Assembly (NCBI GenBank): GCA_951406725.2 | Contig: OX597818.1 | Coordinates: 83,328,001-83,392,000 of the forward strand | Length of the DNA stretch: 64,000 nucleotides | Reading direction: 5' to 3' | Origin: Octopus vulgaris | Taxonomy: Eukaryota | Shown: positions 13,822-27,949 of the stretch, one piece after another | Layout of the letters: each line of letters starts with the position of its first letter | Position numbering within the stretch: the stretch's first letter is position 1 | Notes under the pieces: model-generated | Database searches by the model: none | What the model saw: the letters and a program-made list of their open reading frames with translations, nothing else | What the model was told of the DNA's origin: nothing | Program-made: the position numbers and the translations under genes

Positions 13822-14030
13822 TAAGGCAGCGAGCTGGTAAAAAAAAGGTTAGTACGCCGGGCAATATGCTTATCAGCATTTCGTCTGTTTTTTACGTTTT
13901 GAGTTCAAATCCCGCCGAGGTCGACTTTGCCTTTCATCCTTTCGGAGTCGTTGCATACTAGGGTTGATCTAATCGAATGGCCCCTTCCCTAAATATTTCG
14001 GGCCTTGTGCCTAGAGTAGAAAAGAATAAT
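13822..14030 (+). mobile_element. SINE family B monomer
   Basis: Head, central domain, and tail CCCTAAATATTTCGGGCCTTGTGCCTAGAGTAGAAAAGAAT. Confidence 0.85.
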
Positions 14031-14102
14031 TGTTTGCGTCATAAATATATTAAGCAAATATTGCAATTTACCCGGAGGACTAAAGATTCTGCTATCCATA
14101 TA

Positions 14103-14275
14103 GGCACAAACGTTGCGGTGTGGTAACATGTTTGCTTCCCAGCCCCATAGTTCCGGGTTCAATACCACTGGGTGGACACCTTAGGCACATGACTTCTGCT
14201 ATAGCCTCGGGTCGACCAAAAGCTTGTGAGTGGATTTGGTAGACGGAAACTGAAAGAAGACTGCGTATATATATG
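14103..14275 (+). mobile_element. SINE family A, 5' half
   Basis: tRNA-like head with GGTTCAATACC, then GCCTCGGGTCGACCAAAAGCTTGTGAGTGGATTTGGTAGACGGAAACTGAAAGAAG. Confidence 0.8.
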
Positions 14276-14277
14276 TA

Positions 14278-15100
14278 TAGACTCGGCGTCGGCGCCCCCG
14301 TCTCGCGCTATTTCCACTCTACCGGTCATATTTTACAACACCTATCTGTGTTCGGATTCTCCTTGCACAGGTGCCATCCGGACTCCCGTCTTCATCGTGC
14401 GCAGGAATTAATCTTCTCTCTTCGCTCCTTTGCACTGCATGGGCTCAACTCTTCTCCGTTCTTCATCTAACCTTCCTCCTCTCTCCTCGCTTCCTCTCAC
14501 ACCTACTTCCTGCCACCCACCACTCCTCTCTTGCACTGGCACCTATTTCCTCTCTTCACTCCTACACACCGTCTCCCTTCCACACTCTCGCTTTATCGTC
14601 ACCCCTCCCTCGTTACCCAACCTTACACATTCTAACACCACCATCCCTATACCTACCTTCAACCCTACACCATCCCTTAGACACCACCCTTACTTCCCTC
14701 ACTCTCGCCTTCCTCCACACCCCAAAACCACCACACCACATACTAAACCACATCACACCACCCTGCCCACACTAGCACTGACCCCTTCCCATGACCCACA
14801 GCAGCGCACACACTAGCACTGGCCACTTCCCAATATCTACGCATGCACACACGCACACGTCAAGGTCACCAGCCCCTTCTCCACGCACATACACACATAC
14901 ACACACACGTGCACCTTCACACGTACACAGGCACGTGCACCTTGGTTTTGGGATCACCACAACTTTATTGTCTCCACTTCTTCCTAGCTTTCCTGTGTGA
15001 TCCCTCTGTCCGGCATTCCCAATGACAGATCGTTAGCCACTAGACCTTTTTCTGTTTTCTATCCCTGTTTATTTCTGTGTTCCTTTTAGTCGAAGAGCCT
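14278..15100 (+). mobile_element. Penelope-like element 3' fragment (GIY-YIG C-terminus plus 3' UTR/pLTR)
   Basis: ORF 14273-14470 PVSRYFHSTGH..HLSVFG...QELIFSLRSFALHGLN matches the PVxxHF..GH...LIFxL.T..PxGLN end of PLE endonuclease domains. A C-rich UTR follows and is cut by a SINE at TCGAAGAGC. Confidence 0.75.
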
Positions 15101-15420
15101 ACTTATTTCATCGACCCCCGAAAGGATGAAAGGCAAAATCAACCTCGATGTTATTTGATCTCTGAATGTAGCGACGATCTAAATATATATTTCTTTATTA
15201 CCCACAAGGGGTAATAAATACAGAGGGGACAAACAAGGACAGACAAACGGATTATGTCGATTACTCCACCCCAGTGCGTAACTAGTATTTATTTAATCGA
15301 CCCCGAAAGGATGAAAGGCAAAGTCGACCTCGGCAGAATTTGAACTCAGAACGTAAAGTCAGACGAAATACGGCTACGCATTTCGCCTGGCGTGCTAACG
15401 TTTCTGCCAGCTCGCCGCCT
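15100..15420 (-). mobile_element. SINE family B dimer (a further partial copy at 15550-15690)
   Basis: Reverse complement of the family B head, body and tail, adjoining (AAT)n at 15425-15550. Confidence 0.85.
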
Positions 15421-15451
15421 TTGTTATAATAACAATAATAACAACAACAAC

Positions 15452-15546
<95 letters not shown>

Positions 15547-16071
15547 TAATCTTTTCTACTATAAGATCTAGAACTGAAATTCTGGGGGAGGGGACTAATC
15601 AATTACATCGACCCCAGTGTTTCTTAATTTAACGACACGAAAAGGATGAAAAGGAAAGTCTACCTCGGCAGAATTTCAACTCAGATTAATCATTTGAATA
15701 ATGATAATTTAGAACAAGTAGGTAAATTAAGAAAATAGTTGCTTTCCCTATAAAGGTTACTTCTGTCAACAAGTTGAGAGTGCAGTAATGTTATGTATAG
15801 AAGTTACATGTCTCTGGAGATTTGACAATACATATAATTTACATTAGGTAATTGATGATGTTTCTTGTTTGTGAAATGTACGCATGATGGCGTAAGTTAC
15901 TATCTTATGTACACTTTCTCATGTTTTTTTTGTTTATTTTCTAGAGTACGATATACACAAGAGCGGGGTTCTTGTTAAATGGGGCTACAAGACGAAAGGG
16001 AATATGGATTACTTTCTAAATGCTGGTAATTTTTCCTGCATTCAAAGATTTAATTTAAACTACATGAACTA

Positions 16072-16195
<124 letters not shown>

Positions 16196-16223
16196 GAGAA
16201 AGAAGCAACAAGAATGGATTAGT

Positions 16224-16314
16224 TTTTAGTACAATTGTTTCATACAAAGACAGGCTTTATTACAAGTTGCAAAAATTGCAGCAGATAAAAGTGTCCCGTA
16301 CTCATCAGCTAAAA
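16224..16314 (-). ncRNA. Type I hammerhead ribozyme, near-intact
   Basis: Minus strand reads TTTTAG-CTGATGA-GTACGGGACA...TGTCTTTGTAT-GAAA-CAATTG-TA-CTAAAA. Stem I is TTTTAG/CTAAAA, stem III is the palindrome ACAATTGT, and the cleavage triplet is GUA. Confidence 0.8.
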
Positions 16315-17340
16315 TACATATGAGTTCTCTAGACATCTTAGTGGGTGAGGTTATACTCATGAAATATTGGAGATAATTCCATTAAAGGCAGATATATATA
16401 TCTGTCTACGTAAGTATGTATCTATCTATCAATCTGTCTGTTTTTCTATGTATCTATCTATCTATCTATCTATATTTTTATGACTCCCACAAAAGTGTGT
16501 CAAACTTTTCCAATCAGAAACTCTACGTATTGCCATATTCTTGGCAAAAGGAATGCCGTTTATTTCGTTTAAAATAATCAATTTAACAGTTTAACTTGCG
16601 ACTACAGGCATTCCTGCTTGTTAGGACCTTTATTTCATAGATATATTTGCAGGGGTCTTTGTTATCAAAACAGTCCCCGGCGTAGACAACCTGCGACACA
16701 TACAGAGACACACAAAGTTGCATGCACACATACACACAAACGGACATGCACACACACACACACACAAATACACACACGCACATAATCATTGATACACATA
16801 CTATAGGCGTGTAGTTCAAACGCACTCACCAGTAATTTGAGCAAGAGCCTTCTCTTGTAGCTCAGGGGCAATCAATTTACTCCAGTATGCTGTGAGGGAA
16901 TTTGGTAGACGGAAACTGTAAGGAAGTCCTCCAGATAACTACACACACACGCACACACACACACTCATAAACACATATACACATAAATATGCGTGTCATC
17001 GTGTTTGCTCTTGCTCGCCACCAGCACTTGGCAAACGATGCTGGCTTGTTTACTTCACAGTAACGTGAGGGTTCGGCATAATAAATTTATAGAAATAATT
17101 AATATACAAATTTATGGAATAACTTGTTCGACTACACCCTTAAAAGGTGCGTGCCAGCATGACTCCAGGCTAATTACTAAAATTTGTAAACGAGAAAAGT
17201 TATATATACAACTGTATCTCCCTCATTTTATACATACATACACACACACACACACACAAACACGCGCGCACACACAAACACGCGCACACACATATAGTAT
17301 ATATGTATGTGTGTGTGTATGTGTATTTTTGTGTGGCGTG

Positions 17341-17985
17341 GGAGCAGGCATTACTGTGTTAAGAAGTCTGTTTCCCAACAACATGGTTCCGAGTTCAGTC
17401 CCACTGCGTGTCATCCTGGGCAAGTATCTTCTACTATAGCCTCGAGCCGACCAAAGCCTTGTGAGTGGATTTGGTAGACGGTAAGACCGTCGTATGTATA
17501 TATATATATATGTGTGTGTGTTTGTGTGTATGTATCTTTTTGTTTGGCTCCCCATCAACACTTGTCAACCGATATTATTGTGATTACGTCCCGGTAACTG
17601 AGCATTTCGGCAAAACAGTCCGATAGAATAAGTACTAGGCTGTTGTGTGAACGCCCCCAGACGATGAAGTAGGCTAGCCCAATACATAGATATAGATGGA
17701 GAATTCTAGACGTCGGGAGTTGAGTAGAGGTCTTCAGAACGTGTGATATAACAGTGGCGACGAGGATGAGATACTCACACAGCCACTGTGTAGTATTACG
17801 ATATAACAGCGGCGACGAGTATTTCGTAGCACACACAGCCACTGTGTAGTATTGCGATATAACAGTGGCGACGGGGATTTCGTAGATGGGGATTTCGTAG
17901 TACACACACCCACTGTGATATAACATAAGCTTACAAAGAATAAGTGCTGGGGGCGATTTCTTCGCCTAAAACCCTTTAAATCGGT
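17341..17985 (+). mobile_element. SINE family A interrupted by an LTR-type insert
   Basis: The family A sequence AAGTACTAGGC|TTACAAAGAATAAG is split at 17640/17926. Confidence 0.8.
17641..17925 (+). mobile_element. Miniature LTR-retrotransposon derivative with tandem (LTR end + PBS) units
   Basis: TGTT...AACA termini and a 5-bp TSD TAGGC/TAAGC. GATATAACA occurs at 17745, 17800, 17856 and 17917; the first three are followed by a TGGCGACGAGGAT-like PBS. Confidence 0.75.
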
Positions 17986-18333
17986 TTAACAATATAGCAA
18001 TAATAAAGAAAAGGGAAAATTGCACTTCGGTAATTTGTTATTCACAGCATATTATTATGACCTACAAGTGTTTCGAATGCTGCAACTAAGCACTGTTGTA
18101 GATGCAGTCTTGCAATATTGCCGGCGAATTTATCGGTGCGATTTTAATGCGAACCGTTGTGTTTTTAGCTGGTATCTGGAGCCGCATGGAGAGCAAACAC
18201 GATATCCGCCTGGATATTGTATCCCTGTACACTTACACACACATATATATAGGAATACGAGTCAAAACAACTCTTTGTTATGGGTAATGGCTTATCTATT
18301 TACAAACAAGGTTTTTAAATTGCGAGTACCCAC

Positions 18334-18700
18334 CTTTACTCTTTTACTCTTTTACTTGTTTCAGTAATTTGACTGTGGCCATGCCGGAGCACCGCCTTTA
18401 GTCGAGAAAATCGACCCCAGGAATTATTCTTTGTAAGCCCAGTACTTATTCTATCGGCCTCTTTTGTCGAACCGCTAATTTACGGGGACGTAAACACACT
18501 ACCATCGGTTGTCAAGCGATGTTGGAAGGACAAACGCAAATACATAAATACACACTCATACATATACACAACGGGCTTCTTTCAATTTCCGTCTACCAAA
18601 TCCACTCACTAGGCTTTGGTCGGCCCGAGGCTATAGTAGGAACGAACCCGGAACCATGTGGTTCGTAAGCAAGCTACTTACCACGCAGCCACTCCTGTGC
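18334..18700 (-). mobile_element. SINE family A, well-preserved copy
   Basis: Minus strand: GCACAGGAGTGGCTGCGTGGTAAG head, GGTTCG B-box, body, and tail GGCGGTGCTCCGGCATGGCCACAGTCAAATTACTGAAACAAG followed by (TAAAAGAG)n. Confidence 0.85.
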
Positions 18701-19254
18701 ATTAATTTTTTTTCCCACTTTACCATGTTACCGAATCAGCAACCGATTCCTTTGGTATTTTCTATAAACTGACAAAGCGAGTTCACTTCAATCCTAGGCA
18801 ACGGAGTAAGTGTCCCTGTATGAGGATTAATTCAATCCGAAATCAACAAGGATCTGAAGCTCCTTGCTTGCAGCAGGGAGGTCAGTCTCCTTTGACAGTA
18901 TATAGATAAACGCTTGTCCGTAGCTAAGAGTCGTCGTGATTGTTATCGCTAGCAACGCTTGTGCTGATTTACAGCGTTACTCACTTTGAATTCTCTGCCA
19001 CAGTGATTTTTGTACTCGTGTCGTTTTGTCTTTAAATTTAATTCTTTATTAGCCACCAGGGCCGATATAGACGTACAATGCAGGAAAGACAAGAACAATC
19101 AGGGGTCTACAACAGGGTTGCATGGGTGGATTGAAGAACAAAATGAAATAACAAGATAGAAATTAAACATGGTATAATAACGAGAAAAGATGAAATGTCG
19201 AGCGTGGAAACGAGGAGCCACCTTAATGATTTTGGTGTTAGCATGTGTTTGTGT

Positions 19255-19330
<76 letters not shown>

Positions 19331-19829
19331 GTGCGTGCGTGTGTGCGTGTGCGTATGTGTGAGTGTCTTTCTTCTCGTATTTCTTTCCCTGCATGTCATG
19401 TCTCAGAATATGACATTAACGCTTTGGATGTCATTAGTAGAACCGTTGTAGAGGGATATATTCTCTTAGTCTATCTGTAAAGAAAATGTTGAAGTATGAA
19501 TGGAATGACTCTAAAATAACTGAAAGAGTGAAACACAGAGAGAAAGAGAGAGAGAGGGGTGTGGATAAAGGGAGACAGAGAAGAGCGAGGGTCAAAGAGA
19601 GAAAGACAGGAAGTAGTCTGTTTGTTGGTAAACAGACGCTTAAGTTAAAAGGGAGCAAACATAAGTTTGTGTGTTAGTTTGTGTGTTTCTGTGTATGAGT
19701 ATTTCTGTGTTTGTGTATATGTACGCATATATACATATATGTATGCGTTTTTACGTTTCTACATATAAGCGTGTTTATGTATGCGCATATAAAAGAATAT
19801 ATATATATATGCGTGTGTGTATACATATA

Positions 19830-19914
<85 letters not shown>

Positions 19915-20020
19915 ACATGTATCTATCTATCTCTATATTTATATGTACATATACACACACACAAACAGACATGTATATACATAGGTACGTGCATATACGA
20001 ACATAGATATATGCATATAC

Positions 20021-20061
<41 letters not shown>

Positions 20062-20085
20062 CACACACTCACACACATGTGTATA

Positions 20086-20126
<41 letters not shown>

Positions 20127-20543
20127 ATACACACGCATGCACACAAGCATAGAGGCGGTTGCTGTGATCGTAGGGAATGAAGGGATGAAAAGATGAAAGC
20201 GGGTATAAGTAAATGAAGAAATGAAAGAGAATTTAGACGCTAAATAAACGTAATTGAAGGAGTCGAAACAGAGATTTCGAAAGTGAATGCGGGACAGGCA
20301 TAGAGAAGGTTGTATATAGATACGCGCGACTTTGTATGTGAGTTTGGTGGTGTGTATGTTTATGTTTGTAAATATGAGTGGGGAAAACGAGAAAAAAACA
20401 ATGGTAAGAAACAATTTGTGTAATTACGAACGTAAAAAGGAGGAAAGAAAATAACAGCAAATTGTATATATGTATGCATACACACAGACACAGACACACA
20501 CACATATATATATATATGTATATATATATGTATATATATATAC

Positions 20544-20616
<73 letters not shown>

Positions 20617-20989
20617 TATATGTGTGTGTGTGTGTGTATGTACATACAAACACGCCGATAGGGAGAAAAAATGTGATAGAAGGCACTGATGTGTGTGCGC
20701 GTGCCTACTTATTTTGCGAGTGTGCGTGTATGTAGGCGTGTGTTTTTGTGTGTGTGGTTTCTGTGTGTCCATGTGTCTTTGAATGTTTATGCAATACCGA
20801 AAATGGAGATATAAGAAAGTTACTTCCAGCTCAGTTAATAGTTTCTTAAAAGAACTTCAAATAAACCAATTAGAATTTAGTTGTTCAATAAGAACTTTCT
20901 ACTAGACATCATTTTCGATTACTTCACAAACTTCGCTTCTATTTAGCCGTTTTAATTCCTACTCACTCTATCTCACTGTCCTTGCTTCA

Positions 20990-21028
<39 letters not shown>

Positions 21029-21099
21029 ATATATATATGTATATATGCACATATGTATGTGTGTTTCAGTGTTGATAAGATATTGCTTCGTTCTTTTCA

Positions 21100-21480
21100 G
21101 AGAGTTCTTTTATTTTTAATTTTGTGGTTCGGATTTTAACAGATGAAGGTAGAGAGGGAGCTGCGGCAGTGTTCTAATGCATTCATGGCAAGGTAGACTG
21201 AAGTGGCAAAATTGATGAGTTTGACTGGGGCTATTCTGAGTAACTGGGAAACGAGTCATTGTACACGGTGAAGTGTGTACAGTAATCCAGGCCTTGTTCC
21301 GTTGGTTTCTGTTTTGTTTTGTTTTGTTTTTGTTTTCCTGTACTACATTACTTGGAGGATTTTTTTTTTGAAATCTTTCGGAATTGTATTTTTATAAATT
21401 CTTGTCTTATTAAATCTTTATTGTTGTTGATTTCCATTTTGCCTGTGACTACGTGTAGATGAATGTGTATCTCCTAATAC
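21100..21480 (+). mobile_element. Old Tx1/L1-like 3' fragment
   Basis: MKVERELRQCSNAFMAR*TEVAK resembles the KVRVER...RW..VAR C-terminus at 3030-3518. A T-rich UTR follows. Confidence 0.4.
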
Positions 21481-21575
21481 TAACATTTAATTGTTTGTAT
21501 TAGTTTTATTATGGAAGTTGTTTCTTTTTCTTCACCCACCATCCTTTTGTTTAGCTCCATTTCTAGACATTTGTT

Positions 21576-21637
21576 TTTCCGCACAAACATTGTGCGGAAA
21601 CTGTCTCACAAACTGTCGAATGCAGTTTGTGAGACGG
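21576..21637. other. Two abutting hairpins
   Basis: TTTCCGCACAA-ACA-TTGTGCGGAAA (11-bp perfect stem) and CTGTCTCACAAACTG-TCGAATG-CAGTTTGTGAGACGG (15 bp, one G-T). Confidence 0.85.
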
Positions 21638-21659
21638 TTGCAATATGCTAACAGTTTTG

Positions 21660-21790
21660 AGTATGAACCGGAAAAAAGAATGAAAAAAGCAATGTGCATG
21701 TGCACGCTGAATTCGTAAAACGGAAGAAAAGAATATAAACGCAATGCGCATGTCAAAATGAAACGGAAGAGTAGAAGATGGTCTGCATGC
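21660..21790 (+). promoter_or_regulatory. Promoter-like motif cluster
   Basis: Three ETS-like CGGAA sites, two NRF1-like sites (TGTGCATGTGCA and TGCGCATGTC), and YY1-like AAGATGG. Motif inference only. Confidence 0.3.
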
Positions 21791-22519
21791 CACGTCTTAC
21801 ACCACTCTCACGCAGATTTGCTGCAATTTTCTTGATGAAACTTTTTCTATTTCTATTTAGATACCTGTTTCTGTATTCTGGGATACGCACTCTCTAGTAC
21901 AAGCACCTGAATTTGCTCAAAAGTATAGCGATTATTGAAATTCTATCCTTCTACAGGACATGGTCTGGCAATACACTTCTTGCTGCAGTTCTGCTTTTCG
22001 TGTGGTTCTATGAGGGGACAATTAGAAAAGTTGAAAAACTGCCTGTGGCAGTAATATGAGAACTAGGAGTAAAATTAAAGAATCGATCAAGTTTAACAAC
22101 CAATAGACTGTAAGGATACCGTAAGAACTGTATCCATCACTTATTTTCGCTGTTACCATTAGAGCTTCTTGGCAAACACTTTTCTCTCATAAATTGCGGT
22201 AAGGTAACGTTCGTCACCATCGTCATCACCACTATTATTTCTCGACATTCGATAGTTTCAAGTAACTCTCTATTGCATCACTTGCTGCGGTTGGCAAGAA
22301 TTCTGCCAATTTTCCGACTAAGAATTAGGCTACATCAAGGGGAGTAACGCCTAGCTTTTTGACAAATGGTTTCAGCAAGCCCACCCGATGCACTGTACCA
22401 GTTTTATATGTCTTTTTCATGTCATTTTTCTGACCTCTTTCATAAATTCTTCCACAAAAGAGTGGCACCCGGCTTGAATTACCACACTTACTTACAGTCA
22501 ATGATTTACACTATTTTTA

Positions 22520-22812
22520 TACCAAATATTAATGGCATCGGTCGAAAAGGCTTCAAGAGACCATTGAAGGTCGCAGAATACATAGGGCGGGTAATCCGGT
22601 TTTATGGTGCATAATTGACCGAGGTCACAACATTCCCTTCAGATGGTACGTTAGTCGGTAGCAAGGTTTCTCCTTTACAGCTGAGTGAACTGAAGCGATG
22701 TGACATGAAATGTTTTGCCAGAAGAGCGCATCGCATTGCATCGTCCTGAAATCGAATCTACGATCTATTGACCGCGGGAACAGCACCTTTAATACTTGGT
22801 CAAGCGCCTTTA
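22520..22812 (-). mobile_element. CORE-type SINE, degenerate
   Basis: Minus strand: tRNA-like head followed by GGCAAAACATTTCATGTCACATCGCTTCAGTTCACTCAGCTGTAAA. Confidence 0.6.
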
Positions 22813-23225
22813 CACTTCTGAACAAACAAACAAAAAATTAAAAAATTAAAGATCTGTAGGAACAGCACAGCAAACAAACACAGCCAAATATAACAAGAAT
22901 TTCAAAAACCATAAGAGTAACAACACCTGGAAGAAAAAGCAAAGAAACAAAAAGGGTCACGCATTTAGGTGAACCACCAGGAATATATGAAAGATAGTAA
23001 AGAATTTGTTGAAAGAAGACTTCACAAATTTTTTTATTTTGTATAGAATTTGAGTCATCACAAGAAAGCAACGGAACACGACTGTAGTAACTCTAATGGA
23101 AGATAAAGGAGAAACTCGAATATTCTGCCACATCATTTTCGAACAAGAAATTCAGGCGTTGATTTCAAGCCTGGTTTTGTTGGTCATCGTTGCCAGAAGG
23201 GAGTTAATAAAAAATTGGTCTCAAA

Positions 23226-23445
23226 AGGCGGTGAGCTGGCAGAAACGTTAGCACGCTGGGCGAAATGCCAAACGGTATTTCGTCTGTCTACATGTTCTGA
23301 GTACAAATTCCTCCGAGGTCGACTTTGCCTTTCATCCTTTCAGTGTTGATGAAATAAATACCAGTTGCGTAATGGGGTCGATCTAATCGACTGGACCCCT
23401 CCCCCGAAAATTTCGGGCCTTGTGCCTAGAGTAGGAAAGAATAAA
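23226..23445 (+). mobile_element. SINE family B monomer
   Basis: Complete head, body and tail type 2. Confidence 0.9.
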
Positions 23446-23616
23446 TTAGTTGCTGTGATTTCGACTGCTTTTGTTTTTCCTGTGGTATAAAATACCTAGA
23501 GGTGAACTCTGATCCAGCAAAGCTATGATCAAAAGTGGCTCTTCTGCTAATACGATTAGTGGTATGTAGAATTTGAGTGAAATTCATTTGCTATTTCGCA
23601 TCTCGAGTGTATCATT

Positions 23617-23980
23617 CTCTTTTCTTTTACTTATTTCAGTCATCCGACGGCGTTCATGCTAGAGTTCGGTCTTTAAGTATTTAGTTGGAAAAAAACCGAA
23701 GCACTATTCATTTTAAAGCATGGCAATTATTTTATCGTTCCCCTACATTACGGTGTTGTAAACAAAGCAACACCGGCTGTCAAGTGGTGGAGAGGAGAGT
23801 CACAAATAAAAATACACACACACATATCTGTGACGTATTTCCACAGTTTCCGACTACCAAATTGACAGACATGTCATAAGTTTGCCCGGGGCAGTAGTGA
23901 AAGACACCCGTCCAAGCTGTGCATTGAAAATGAACCCAAAACCGTTCGGTTGCACTTGAACTTCTCAACCACACAACCAG
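23617..23980 (-). mobile_element. SINE family A, degenerate
   Basis: Collinear similarity with 18334-18700. Confidence 0.65.
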
Positions 23981-24949
23981 CACAGCTCTGTCTTTGGTTC
24001 GATGTTTCTGGTCGATATAATATGAATGCAGTCGCTACAGCTTTCACTGCGTAGGAAAATGATCGAGGAGAAGTGATACAATATATTTTAATGCACTGAT
24101 CATATTTCTATATCTGGAAATAATCTTGACCAATTCCAGACAAAAAAAAAAATCTAGGTCAGATGCTGAATTAACGGAGAAAAAAGAAAGAAGAATATTT
24201 AGGACAGATGCTAAGTTAAATGAGAACAAAAAAATTCATTCTAAAAATGCAATGTCACGGAAACCGTAAAGATTTTTCTGCCTTAGGTAAGGTAAAGCAG
24301 GGAAAATGTTTTTGGCAGTATTTACAACGACGTGAACTACAACAATAGATGTGAATCATAAAAATAATGGCATAAAAGCAACACGAAAGGACAAAAATAA
24401 TAAAATACATGGCAACACCTAAAGACATGACAACGCTAAAAGACATGACAATAGCTAAAGAGAGAACATCACCATCAGACAATACATCAACATGACAAAG
24501 ACAACAGTAAAAGTCTCAGCGTTAAGAATAAATATAGCGATAATCAACTGTGTGCCAACGTGGGATACCTTAAGTGGACACTCCATCAGATGGAGATAGT
24601 AGATAAGTACCCCTTAAATCAAATCATATTCTACAGTTTTGAAAAACAGATCGCATCGGATAATGTAGTCCAGAGTTGCTTGTGCAAATACGAAAGACGG
24701 GATTGGCATGTCTGAAATAAACATTTTGAACATTGTTCTGTTTGATCAGAAGCTGATTGTGTACTAAACAGCAAAAACCACAACAACAAGCATAAAAACA
24801 AAAAAAAAAAAGACTGGTCAGGACGAAAAGACAAAAATAAATAAATAAATAAAATAATTAAATAGATAAGAAGTAACAACTAAAGAGACAGTGACAAGGA
24901 CTTGCAGGTGCTCATTGCACAAATATCTGAATTGCACCAATGTAATGCT

Positions 24950-26595
<1,646 letters not shown>

Positions 26596-26644
26596 CTGAT
26601 CCTCATGCTGATGCGGTTGTATCATTATTATTATTATTATTATT

Positions 26645-27199
26645 GAGTGAGAGAGCAGTTCATGCCATCAAAGTGACGCTGGGGTAAAATATACGAAGCC
26701 CAATATACCCATCATGACTACCCGTCTGATAAGGGTACACCAGGCACATGCATCACAACAATATGTGCGCGACATGGTGATCTCATATCAAGATAAACAG
26801 CACATGACCTTGCAGGTGGGGCCTAGTTAGAAATTTCTTCAGGTTGAGTAGCCCATCCTGCTCAAAAGGTCCCTGAATAAGGGTTGTTTAAGGATGTTGA
26901 AAGAACCACTCATGTTTCCAGAGGTGAATTATTCAAACCCCAAAGGATTCCTCTCAACACATGGCTATGATGCTCCCCACTACTTCTGCTCGTGATCAGA
27001 GATGCACATATCGTCAGCCACTAAGGGACATGCTCAACTGGTTAAGGTCAAACAACTGACAAGCAAATCTGTGGTATTGAGCAGAATATTTGCTGTAGCC
27101 CATCTTTTATACCAAGACAAAAATATGTACATGATAACACTTCCAATCAGTTAAGATCAGAAGCCATGAGAGCCAATGCCTGGCACTGCATCAGGGCAT
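26645..27199. mobile_element. ~555-bp (TAA)n-associated element, copy 1 (plus a 66-bp internal duplicate at 27202-27267)
   Basis: GAGTGAGAGAGCAG...TGCATCAGGGCAT, collinear with three other copies. Confidence 0.85.
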
Positions 27200-27266
27200 A
27201 ACTCCCCCACTACTTCTGCTCGTGATAAGAGATGCACATATCGTCAGCCACTAAGAGACATGCTCA

Positions 27267-27352
<86 letters not shown>

Positions 27353-27354
27353 AA

Positions 27355-27570
27355 TGGAAAGCTGGCAGAATCGTTAGCAAGCCGGAGGAAATGCGTAGCG
27401 GTATTTCGTCTTTCTTTATGTTCCAAGTTCAATTTCCGCTGGGATCATCCTTTTGGGATCGATAAATTAAGTACCAGTTGCGTACTAGAGTCGATATAAT
27501 CGACTGGTTCCCTCTCATTAAATTTCAGACCTTGGCCCAACAATAGAAAGGATTATTATTATTATTATTA

Positions 27571-27605
<35 letters not shown>

Positions 27606-27860
27606 GTTGTTGTTGTTGTTGTTGTTGTTATTGTTTTTATTATTAAGGTGGTGAGCTGGCAAAATCGTTACCACGCAGGGAGAAAAGCTCAATGGTGTTT
27701 CGTTCGTCTTCCCGTACTGCGTTCAAATTCCGCCGAGGTCGACTTTGCATTTCCTTTTTCGGGGTCGATAAATTAAGCACTAATAAAACACTGGAGTCGA
27801 TGTAATCGACTTATCCCCTCCCCCAAAATTGCAGCCTCGTGGAAAAATATGATACCATTA
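27355..27860 (+). mobile_element. Two SINE family B monomers (27355-27555 and 27645-27860) with (ATT)n tails
   Basis: Family B head and central domain in both; tails run into (ATT)n. Confidence 0.8.
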
Positions 27861-27869
27861 TTATCATTA

Positions 27870-27949
<80 letters not shown>

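Noticed and set aside
17745-17925. Short repeat-spacer pattern resembling a CRISPR array
   Set aside because: The spacers are similar to each other, the context is eukaryotic with no cas genes, and LTR end plus PBS explains the repeat.
26985-27025. CTGACGA on the minus strand of the 555-bp element as a possible hammerhead core
   Set aside because: No properly placed GAAA or closing stems were found by eye.
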